Source: Piromyces finnis finn (taxonomy: Eukaryota > Fungi > Neocallimastigomycota). Taken from it: a DNA stretch of 64,000 nucleotides. Shown here one piece after another: positions 10,801-20,066 of the stretch. The notes beneath the pieces were generated by a model. The model was given only the letters and a program-made list of their open reading frames with translations. It did no database searches and was not told the DNA's origin. The stretch spans positions 186,001-250,000 of the forward strand of contig MCFH01000049.1 in the NCBI GenBank assembly GCA_002104945.1. Direction: 5' to 3'. A program made the translations under genes and the position numbers. How positions within the stretch are numbered: the first letter of the stretch is position 1; every line of letters starts with the position of its first letter.

Positions 10801-13403
10801 CATCCTGTTTTAATCCAATGAAGATATTCTTGTTTCCTAAATTCATTACATCTTTTGTGGATGTAATCAATGAGCTTACGGTAGATTTTAATTCTTTTAA
10901 TAAATTCATCTATATCATAAATTCTTTCTTTTTTAAATCTCTTATACAACTTCATTTTGATTTTTTGGAGATTAAAAATTTGTTGTGAAATATGAAATGA
11001 AGACTTTATAACATTATTTGTTGAGGTAATACTGAGCTCGTCTGCAATTGAAAAAACAGTTGAAGTAAACTCTTTGGAAAGTTCATCTGTAGAAACATTA
11101 GGATCGTTGAATTTTGCTGAAAGTATTTGGAATTTATTATGACTGAGAATAGATTCCTTTTCCTCAATACATTTTAATCTATTCCATTTCAGAATTTTCT
11201 TAGGAACAGTAAAGTCATTAGAAAAATCTTCCATAGGAATAATTTTACCATTAATAAGAAGTGGCTTATGGTCTGATACAGGATAAAAATTATTTATAAA
11301 TGATCCTGAGTGAATAAGATCTTTCATCTTCGAATTGATAAGAGCATGGTCAATGTCGGAAGATTGATCACCTCGAGTCCAAGAGATAGTAGACCCTCTA
11401 AGCGGAAGAATTTCCCAATCTCCTAATCCATTAGTTGATAACCAGTTGGATAATTTTACTTTAGACATATTAAAATCACCAACAAGAATCGATGGATGGG
11501 ATGAATGAGTTTGTAACCACAAGCGAACTTCTAACTTTGCATGATCAACATAGATGTTGTGATGACTATGAGGCATATAAACATTTCCAATCGAGCATTT
11601 GAATCTATTCCAGAGACTAAAAGTATAAATAGAAATAATATACTTTCCAGAGAAGTTTTCAAGTGAGGCTTGACACGAATTGTGAAAACCTAAATATAAA
11701 CCTCTCATTCCCGGAACTGATTCGTCAGCTTTCTTGAAAAAGTGTCTATAGTTTCGCAAAGTAACACGACAAGGATAATCTGTATTCGAACCAGAACCAT
11801 TACCAGTTTCTTGGAAACATAAAAATAATGGTTTGAAAATAGCTGTGAAATAGCTAATACTATCTCTCTTTTCATGATTCCACCCATTGGTGTTCCAACT
11901 AAGACAAAAAGAAAAGTTATCAGGCTTGTTGGATGAGGAAGAATCGTTGCTATTATTATTATTATTAAAGTCATCGTTATTAATGGATGATGCATCAGAG
12001 GAATAAGTAGAACTATTACTAGATGGCTGTGAAACTGAAGAACTATCAACTATTGAACTGTTATCAGAGTTGATAGAACTATTAGAATTAATTGTTGAAT
12101 GTTGAGATTGAAATTGTGTTTGCTGTAGATCTGGAATATTTTCATGATGGGAAACTTGTTGAAGATCCTGTTGAAGATCTTGTTGAAGATCGGATTGTTG
12201 ATGAGATTGTTGAACTGATTGTTGAACTGATTGTTGAAATGATTGTTGAATAGAATGTTGATATTTATTAGAAACTAAAATTTTACGTTTGAGAGTGGAA
12301 AAAGTGTATTTGTGATTCCTTCTACTACGAGCTGAAAAGGAAATTGAGGTAACTGAAAGTTTCTTCTTTAACATGTGTAAGATTTTAATACAATCTTTTG
12401 ATGAACCATGAACCTTGACTAAGAAAAAGTGATCATTGAAAGTTTGAAAATATTTAACACTAATAACTGAATTAAATTTATCTTCTAGAATAACCTCGAG
12501 TTTTTCCCATAGCATATTTACTGACCATGATCGAATACCACGGATAAAGAAGGAGCGAATATCATCTAAGGGGATACCATAAGACCGGGTACCACGTCTG
12601 ATATAATTCTTGTCTTTAATATAAAGGACTGACATGATAATAAATTCTAATTAAAAATATTGAATATAAAATAAATACTAATAAAAATTATAAATATAAC
12701 GTATATGGAAAAAAAATCTGTCTCTCTCTCTCTTCTTAAAAGTACTGGATAGTACAAAAATTGTTACGATGCTTTGTTTAAAGTTTCTTTTTTTTGAATT
12801 CTAGTTGTAAATTTTCTTTAAAAATTCTAGTTTTGGTTTGTTGTTAGTAAATTCGAATCGCTTTTTGACACTAAACTTGTTTGACTTTACTTTTCATTAA
12901 ATATTTAAATTGGTAAAAAATTTGAATCAAGAATGTCGACACCAGAAAGCTTGTGAATAGTATTTTTACATGATGTAGAGTGAATCAGTCTCTTACAAGA
13001 AACAATACAACAATAGCTACATGAATATAAAAATACAATGCAAATGCTAAAGTTGACTACATTGGATTCTTACAAGAGAAGAGTAGTACTACATGAATAC
13101 ATGAATAAAAGAAAAAAATACAGCAACAAAATGTATTACTCTTCTAATTAAATACTATACAAACTTACCTGAGTATCAAACATTCAACTTATTCATCAAA
13201 TACTTAAATTCGATGAATAAAATGTTTTTTAATCGCTCAGTACCATGAGCTTAGTCCTAATAATTTTCCCTTAAAGACTAACCAAGCATCCATTGCGCAA
13301 TGCTTGGATTTAATTCTTTCTACTCTCTCAGTACCATGAGCATGAGTAGACCCCCTTGATAAACTACATTTATTAAATAAATGAAGGCACGTTCCCAAGA
13401 GGG
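7841..13403 (-). mobile_element. Apparently full-length non-LTR retrotransposon (LINE) with single ORF and poly(A) tail
   Basis: About 770-nt leader (13403-12636), intact 1508-aa ORF, about 240-nt 3' UTR ending GATGCCGTT, then A30 (plus-strand T run 7841-7870). Both flanks are the same TAATAC repeat. Confidence 0.93.
8109..12635 (-). CDS. LINE polyprotein: N-terminal extension, apurinic-like endonuclease, reverse transcriptase, C-terminal CCHC zinc motif
   Basis: APE motifs SWNTNG, CFQET, VYMP, LVGDFN, DIDHAL and SDHKPL. RT motifs SGPDGIP, IPKKGD..DCDNYRGISL, QFGFR, FLDLRKAYDSV, GVRQGCPLSPILFN, LFADD and YLGV. C-terminal CPCCKC...HWLLDC. Confidence 0.96.
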   Translation of the reverse strand: MSVLYIKDKNYIRRGTRSYGIPLDDIRSFFIRGIRSWSVNMLWEKLEVILEDKFNSVISVKYFQTFNDHFFLVKVHGSSKDCIKILHMLKKKLSVTSISFSARSRRNHKYTFSTLKRKILVSNKYQHSIQQSFQQSVQQSVQQSHQQSDLQQDLQQDLQQVSHHENIPDLQQTQFQSQHSTINSNSSINSDNSSIVDSSSVSQPSSNSSTYSSDASSINNDDFNNNNNSNDSSSSNKPDNFSFCLSWNTNGWNHEKRDSISYFTAIFKPLFLCFQETGNGSGSNTDYPCRVTLRNYRHFFKKADESVPGMRGLYLGFHNSCQASLENFSGKYIISIYTFSLWNRFKCSIGNVYMPHSHHNIYVDHAKLEVRLWLQTHSSHPSILVGDFNMSKVKLSNWLSTNGLGDWEILPLRGSTISWTRGDQSSDIDHALINSKMKDLIHSGSFINNFYPVSDHKPLLINGKIIPMEDFSNDFTVPKKILKWNRLKCIEEKESILSHNKFQILSAKFNDPNVSTDELSKEFTSTVFSIADELSITSTNNVIKSSFHISQQIFNLQKIKMKLYKRFKKERIYDIDEFIKRIKIYRKLIDYIHKRCNEFRKQEYLHWIKTGCKYMKSHNPKKAWKWIKKTAKIGKDSFFIAQPIKNKNGELVVATEEQLDVWHDHFEKLASDPSGVSLDLEHWYEEPTNKRFSLPMLDEWDINQDISIDEVKSAILSTPNYKASGPDGIPIEFYKALVPSSNDSNNATDNNSSGNTTSDNDAYGLNFILKLFNRIWDGDFPNSWNESSIVSIPKKGDLTDCDNYRGISLINNGIKLISKIVTTRISEYGLKNNFIRPEQFGFRKKEESISLFISIQEICRRRQLDNKETYLAFLDLRKAYDSVPIGNILHKLDCLGIRGKSLQFIKNLYLTSKANVKLDGQFSKSFDVKKGVRQGCPLSPILFNLFINDIFKECEDLGVSLGDTRCCGGLFADDIVICAPTRGCLKKMLRRVNEWALYNEMEFGIQKCSTMVIRPESIENQNKRDPTFYLAGQPIPTTDCYTYLGVPFDKNLSLKPVIKALNNKVLKGLFSVSKFLRNPNIPIPFKKLVLNSQVISRVSYFAPLLGSNKARSRIAQKHVNKGIRWVAGVHKAVSFISLYSISKDLNIPPLSAKCALAQVRCFNKWKNSNCIISYLVNYIPKFRKYTWCKSSRTLDKKLKKHGDVKAVKNFYWKDLKGNSIKAQYYDDNKFIDTKDFIKLCYEYPEFAYGFYWLLKARSGYKLDARVAKAAKFVDPVCPNYCPCCKCGDQSIKHWLLDCPTFRDIRIKHYDSIVQLLNFFSQRNSNSPINNNEIDNISRDSNNINSNSNNSNNNNSNSNNSNNNNSSNRNNNISNDSNSEDNNSNLDSNLVNDSNSSNNPVNINVYDYSSVCSKIFKFLLGGRSFNNINYNSREWKELCKRQIQSGTNEGTPFLTVTAELLTKIMPFAIGQQWSMFKRFEATSKSVNAEETVRQARRASATNGDHNFVP

Positions 13404-13506
13404 AATACTAATACTAATACTAATACTAATACTACTACTAATACTAATACTAATACTAATACTAATACTAATACTAATACTACAACTACTACTACTAATA
13501 CTAATA
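13404..13506. repeat. (TAATAC)n microsatellite, 5' flank of the LINE
   Basis: Same unit and orientation as 7578-7840. Confidence 0.95.
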
Positions 13507-13961
13507 TAAACAAACAGATTTAACAAATATAAAAGTATAAACATATTCTAATACATCATTACTATACTTAGAATATGAATATAATAATTATATTTGTATT
13601 TACACAACAAGAACTTTTCTTCAAACAGCATCCATCATAACTATTAACACTTTACTTTTTTTATAAAAAGGGTTTGAAAAATATTCAATCATTTTTATAT
13701 AGAATTATTTTTTAATAAAAACGAAATAATATTTATTTTTTTATTTTTATTTTTGATATATTTATTCAATTCATTTTTCTTTTTAATAAATTTTACTTTA
13801 TTTTATCTTATTGATAATTTTATTTTTTTTTAATTATTTTATCATTTATTTTTTTTACTAATTCATTTTATTTTCTTTTTACATTTATTATTTTAATATA
13901 TACTAGTTAATTTTTTAATTGCAGATTAAAAAAAACAACTATTATTTTTAAACTAATCTAT

Positions 13962-16247
13962 TTAACAATTGGTTGGCATACCACACCAGTCACCGTTTTC
14001 AACACCCCATTCACCATCAGCATCGGTGTAATAGACTGTACCACAGGACTTACAGCATGGATAACCTTGGTTAGTAATAGCAACTGGACACTTTGGCTTT
14101 GGAGCTGGAGCAGTACCACATCCACACCATTGGTTGTTTTCAACACCCCAGTTACCATCAGCATCAGTGTAAACAGTTTGGCATCCAACCTTACAACACT
14201 TGTAACCTTGGTTAGTAATAGAAGCAGAGCAAACAGTAGTTTCATTGCTAGAATTGTTGTTGTCGTTGTTAGAGGAACCATCCTTTTGTAAACCATAAAT
14301 GGAAATAAGACCGTTAGCAACAGCAATTTCAGTTTGAGCCCAGAATCTGTGGTAGTTGAATTCTGGTGGGTTACCACCGTTAAGGTATTCTTCAACTTGA
14401 GCCCAATCTGGATCTTGCTTGTACTTTGGACGGATATCAATGAAGGTAACACCACTCTTAATGTTGGCACCTTGAGCATTCTTACCAGTCCAACCGGATG
14501 GAATGTAAACTTCACCACCGAACTTGTCGTAATCACCACGAGCTTCGTGGGAAGAGTAACCAAGATCATCCTTGTAGTTTTCAATGGCATCCATAACTTC
14601 AATAGAAAGGTTAATACCTTCTTGGTCACCATCTCTCATAGAAACCCACATTAAACCCTTAATGATAGAAGCAATGGAACCAAGATCAACACCTTCGGAA
14701 GAAACAGTTCCGTGAAGGGAACGGTTAAGGTTAGACTTGTTGAAGTTGGAAGAATTCCATTCATCTGGGTTACCAGACCAGTCAAGGTTAGTAGCGTGAA
14801 CAATTTCACCACCACTGACACGAGTAGTGTCCTTAACCCACTTGGCCCATTCTTGACAAACCTTTCCGGCTCTTTCATCACCAGAAACGTAGTATAAGGA
14901 ACAGACACGTTCCATACCCCAACCTTGCATACCAGTCCAGTTGTTGGATGGTGGGTCGTGGTAAACTGGTTGCCAGTCGTACCACATACCGTAGAAGGTA
15001 GTGATATCACTGGATGGTTGTTCGTAAGCACCTTGCCATGAGTTAGTGGCACCACCAGCAATACAACCTTCTGGAGTTTGTAACCATCTGAATAATTCTA
15101 ATTGACGGTCAAGAGAAGTAGCCCAATCCTTAGCACCAGTGGAAGACTTTGGCTTGAAGGCAGCTTGAGTAGAAAGAATCCAGGCAGCTAATGGGTTTTG
15201 GTAACCACTGTGAGTGTGAGAAGAACCAATTCTCCAGGCCCAGTCACCTTGTAAACCACCACCCCAGGCGAAGTACCAGGAGATAAGGTAGTGAGCAGAG
15301 TTCTTACCACGACCAGCGGAACATCTTTCAGCACCAACACAGTTACCAATCTTCTTGAAGTATTTATCGTATTGAGCGTAACGTAAGTAATCACCAAGCT
15401 TGGCAGCCTTAGAGGCAACAGAAGAAAGGTCAACACCATCTTCTTCAGCCCAGATGTAGGCGAAGTAAGCAGCTTGAATAGCACGAGCATCAGCATCTGG
15501 AGCAGCAGTGTATCTCCATTGCTTAGCGTAGGAGTTATCAACAGTGAAAAGATCTAAGAAACCGTTACGACCACCCCACTTCATGGCTTCCCAACATGGG
15601 TGTGGAACAGTCTTCCAAGTAGATTCGGAAGCACCACGTTGGAAGGTGTTAATGAAAGATGGCTTAGTCTTACCATCACCTTGTTGACCGTAACCGTACC
15701 AGTTATCACCATCAATAATCCAGTGCATAATGTAAATATCCCAGTTACCGTAGGCTTGTTGAAGTTCCTTAGCAATTGGATCTTCACCAACAAGACCATC
15801 TTGGAAGATAAGTTTAGATGGATAATCATCAATATTATCGTGTTCAGCAGCATAAGTAGCTGGAGAAGATGGGTTGTATCTACTGTTACCTGGTTGGTTC
15901 TTTGAATCTGGAATAATATGCTTTTCTAAGTAATTCCAGGCTTCTTCAACACCGTCGTAGTTACCAGTAATCTTACCGTTAACAGCTTCTAACCAAATCC
16001 AGAAAGAGAAGGTTTCAGAGACAGATTCGTGACCGTGATCTGGAGCTTCAACCATAAGAGTTTCAACAGAGTGGTATGGAACCTTTTCAGCAGAGAAGTA
16101 TTCAGAACTGTAAGAACCATTACCAGTCATAACATCATAAAGATCAGTAACACGTCTACCGTATTCATCGTTGGCACGCTTTTGCATTGGAGCAGCAATA
16201 GCGGCAGTAGCACCAAGAAGAGCAAGAGCAGATCTAATAGATGGCAT
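13962..16247 (-). CDS. cel48A: Cellulosomal GH48 cellulase: signal peptide, GH48 catalytic domain, two fungal non-catalytic dockerin (CBM10-like) domains
   Basis: 761-aa intronless ORF. GH48 motifs VPYHSVETL..EAPDHGHESVSE, INTFQRG..ES.W, QWRYT.APDADAR, HYLISWY.AWGG, YHDPPSNNW.GMQ.W and YHRFWAQ. Two C-terminal QGY.CC...YTDADG.WGVEN..WCG dockerins. Strong codon bias; A-run before the ATG. Confidence 0.97.
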   Translation of the reverse strand: MPSIRSALALLGATAAIAAPMQKRANDEYGRRVTDLYDVMTGNGSYSSEYFSAEKVPYHSVETLMVEAPDHGHESVSETFSFWIWLEAVNGKITGNYDGVEEAWNYLEKHIIPDSKNQPGNSRYNPSSPATYAAEHDNIDDYPSKLIFQDGLVGEDPIAKELQQAYGNWDIYIMHWIIDGDNWYGYGQQGDGKTKPSFINTFQRGASESTWKTVPHPCWEAMKWGGRNGFLDLFTVDNSYAKQWRYTAAPDADARAIQAAYFAYIWAEEDGVDLSSVASKAAKLGDYLRYAQYDKYFKKIGNCVGAERCSAGRGKNSAHYLISWYFAWGGGLQGDWAWRIGSSHTHSGYQNPLAAWILSTQAAFKPKSSTGAKDWATSLDRQLELFRWLQTPEGCIAGGATNSWQGAYEQPSSDITTFYGMWYDWQPVYHDPPSNNWTGMQGWGMERVCSLYYVSGDERAGKVCQEWAKWVKDTTRVSGGEIVHATNLDWSGNPDEWNSSNFNKSNLNRSLHGTVSSEGVDLGSIASIIKGLMWVSMRDGDQEGINLSIEVMDAIENYKDDLGYSSHEARGDYDKFGGEVYIPSGWTGKNAQGANIKSGVTFIDIRPKYKQDPDWAQVEEYLNGGNPPEFNYHRFWAQTEIAVANGLISIYGLQKDGSSNNDNNNSSNETTVCSASITNQGYKCCKVGCQTVYTDADGNWGVENNQWCGCGTAPAPKPKCPVAITNQGYPCCKSCGTVYYTDADGEWGVENGDWCGMPTNC

Positions 16248-16313
16248 TTTTTTTTTTCAAAAAAAAAAAGTTTAATAATAATAAAAAATATTTGTTTTTT
16301 TTTTTTAAAAAAA

Positions 16314-16329
16314 GTTCGTTCCGGCGAAC
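16314..16329. promoter_or_regulatory. GC-rich inverted repeat about 70 nt upstream of cel48A ATG
   Basis: GTTCG-TTCCGG-CGAAC in an otherwise almost pure A/T stretch. Function is inferred only. Confidence 0.3.
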
Positions 16330-16591
16330 CAAAAAGTTTTTTTTTTTAAAGAAATATAAAACAAATAAATGTTTTAATTAAATAAAAATAAATGAGAAAT
16401 TAAATTGCTTTTATACTTTTTTTTTTTTTTAATATAATATAAAAACAAAAATATACAAATTTATGATATTCTTTAAAAACCAATTAAAAAAAAATATGAT
16501 GATAATTATTATAATATCATTTTTATTATTATTATTATTATTTATTGTATTTATTACTATTATTACTCTAATTATTATTATTATTATGCAA

Positions 16592-16702
16592 AGATTACAA
16601 TGGATAATATAATCATAATATATATTATTATATTATGATGTTATTATGAAGATTACAATGTAGTACCAGTATAATATATATATACTATACCAGATTACAA
16701 TG
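16592..16702. promoter_or_regulatory. Three exact copies of AGATTACAATG upstream of cel48A
   Basis: Copies at 16592-16602, 16650-16660 and 16692-16702, 345-455 nt upstream of the ATG. Function is inferred only. Confidence 0.35.
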
Positions 16703-19700
16703 CAATATTAATTAAAATTTATTAATATTTTATAATACACAATTTATTATTTAAATGATTTTTTTTAGTCATAGTATAATATTGGGGATAATTATCCTTT
16801 GAAATCCGATTACCCATTTAAAATTATTATTAATAAAAAAAAACATTAATACTTTATAATATAATCAATAATTAATAATAATGCTTTGGAACTACTATTT
16901 TATATTTTATAACAATAATAAAATACTATTAAAATAATAAACGGTTAATAGGTTACTACTACTACTTTATAATTATCCAAAAATACTATTGACTTTACCT
17001 TTCTTAACTTACAACATTTTATATTTATTAAAGTTTATAAGAATTTGACAAAAAAGAAATTTTAATTTAAAATTGTCATAATTAATAATATAATTTTCCT
17101 ATTGTAATTTAATCCTAATTGTTTTTAATAAATTAAATTTTAATAAAAAATATTAATAAATAAAGTTTTTTAATATTCTATGATTGATTTGTTTTTTTTT
17201 TATATATTTTTATATTTTTGAATTATTAAAGGAATAATGTATAGTATTAATATTATTAATAATGTCTATTATTATAGGGATAATGAATAACAGCACTATT
17301 ATTACTATTATGAAAAATAGACTATTATAGAATTATTATTATTTCATAAAAACTACTATTGAAATAAAATAAGATATAAAAAAATTTGGAGTATTTTCTA
17401 TTCTATTTAAAAAACAATCATTGAATAAAACCAAAATTTAAATGGTAATAATAATAATATCCAAAAAAAAAAAGAATTTGATATTTAAATAATTGTATTT
17501 AAAGTTTAATTAGAATAATCGTATTACTATTTACTTATTTAAAAACTAACGGAACCCAAACTTTTATGACAATAAAAAAAAAAGGAAAATTTTATATAAT
17601 TTCAAATTAGAAATTAAAATCTAATTTAGTCAAAATGTATCCCAACGAACAAATCCTAAGAAATAGTAATGAATAGTGTTGTAATAATTATATAGTATTA
17701 GATAGTATTATTAGTAGTAGTATTAGTAGTAATAGTAGTAATAGTAATAGTATTAGTAATAGTATTATTATTAGTAGTAGTAGTAGTAGTAGTAGTAGTA
17801 TATTTATAGCTATTATTAAACTTTTTATAAAAGATGATTATTATGTCTATTAAAAGTTTTTAATCTTTCTTTTTAATTAATTTAAAGGCTACAAATTGAT
17901 CATATTATGTTATATACAAAAAATTTATATATTATTTTATATTATATATTAAATTAAATAATATATAAAACCATTTCCAATAGCTTTATTCAACATGCAT
18001 CAAAAATGAAATAAAATATGTATAAAAAAATAAAAAAGTATATTTATAATAAAATAAAAATATATTATATTATATAATATTATATTAAATATAAAAATGA
18101 AATTAAAAATGAAATTCATTTATATTACAATTTTATTATTAGTATTATTTTTTTTTGGGTAATATCTTTATTTAATAAATTATTATCAGACGATTTTCAA
18201 TTAAATAATCATAAATTTAATAAAATTCAATCTGTTGTGTTTTATTTCTATAGAGATAGTGTATAGGTATATAGATTATATATTTATATATAAATATATA
18301 TATTTACTTTTAGTTATATTTTTATTTATACTTTGACCTATTGCATCATAATATAAGGTTAGTATATTGGTTCCTTTCAATATTGAATTTTTTGTTTGTT
18401 TTTTTTCAAACATTCTTCTTATTATGCTTTTATTATTAGAAAGGCATTTCTTTATTAATTTTATTTCGTTATTTCAAACTTGGATGAGTCAATTTCCTCT
18501 TATTAAATATTATTTTATTGAATGATGTAATATCTTTTATTATTTATTTTTATAGCCTAGTGAGTTAAAAATGAATGATTTATTCTAACATTTTTATTAG
18601 AAATAACATATTTTGTAGACTATTTTTATTATATTATTATTCTATATAGAATAATTTATAGAATTTATACTTTTTTATAACTAACTTTATTTTCTATATT
18701 TATAAAAATGAAATAAATTAAACTCAATTATGTGGATTATACATTTACATTATTTTACATTAATTTAATATGTTTATGTTGTTGTTTTTACATTGTTCTT
18801 ATTTAACAATAGAAAATATTTTTGTTATTATGTTTTATTGCTATTATGTTTTATTGTTATTATGTTTTATTTATTAAAAGGGTTCGGTCTTTTATTTAAT
18901 AAAAAAATTTATTTTATGTTTTATAAAGGTTAGAATAATTCATAATTTTAGTAGTGTATTAACTATTTTTTTTTTATTTTTTATTTTAATATTCAAATGG
19001 TTAATGTTGTACTATTAATAATTATACCTTATTACTATTTTAATTCTTTATTTATTATTATTAACATCAATATACTTTAAATAATTATTATTATTAGCAA
19101 AAAATATAAACATATAATATAAATATAATATAGTATTTGACAATAGAGTAAAAGAAAAAAAACGATAATGTAAATAAAGATATTTCAAATATTTAAATAA
19201 TGTAATTTATGAATAAACTATTGTCTTTCTTTATTAAAAAAAAACTTATTAATAGTATTTAAAAAAAAAAGTTACAGAGCATGATGATATATAATTAATA
19301 TAATTTATTATTTTATTTTATTATATGGTATTTGGTGTTGAAATGATTATAGATATGTTAAATTTACTTTGGTAAAAAAAAAAAAAAAAAGAGGATTATC
19401 CTTTTTTTTAATAGTAACATATTAAATAATTTGAAAAGATAATCATTTAATTAATATACATATTTTGGTAGATTTTACCAATGAATTTTATATTATTTGG
19501 TTAAAATTTAATGGTGTATCAAAGGAAAATAAAAGATATTAATTAAAAGTCTAAGAAACCAACCTTACATTTATATTTTATATTTATATGATGGTATGTA
19601 ATATTTACAATACAAAATAATATTTAAATATATATATTTTCTATAAATGAAATAAATAAAAGAGAAAAGAAAATAATTATAAAAATATCCTTAATTTGTT

Positions 19701-20066
19701 TATTTATTTTTTTTTTCAACAGTACTTTATAAAATAAAGTTTTTTTTTTCCCCTCATTAATCCTTTAAAGATTACTTTATATCTTGGAATGAAAAAAACA
19801 AATTTATAACAGAGTAACTTTTTTTTTTTTGTTTTATTTATATATTTACATATATTTACATTGTATATTACTTAAAAAATTAATTTAATTAGGTATTTTT
19901 TTTTTTATAAAGTTAAAAAGAAAAAAAAAAGTAAATCTAAAGAGTTATAAATAATAATAATTCTCTCCTCTAAACTAACCTATTTAAATGATATTATTAT
20001 GCAAATAATATTAATATTCATTTTATATTCTATTTAATAATTAAAATATTTCTGTTCATTATGGTT

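Noticed and set aside
13962-16247. Bacterial-like, intronless, higher-GC GH48 as a novel horizontal transfer
   Set aside because: The bacterial origin of gut-fungal GH48 is established knowledge.
13958-16349. Many overlapping ORFs within the GH48 gene
   Set aside because: By-products of strong codon bias; no domain signatures.
16750-20000. 3-kb AT-rich stretch with a (TAG)n tract near 17710-17780
   Set aside because: No coding signal or interpretable structure; ordinary intergenic DNA.
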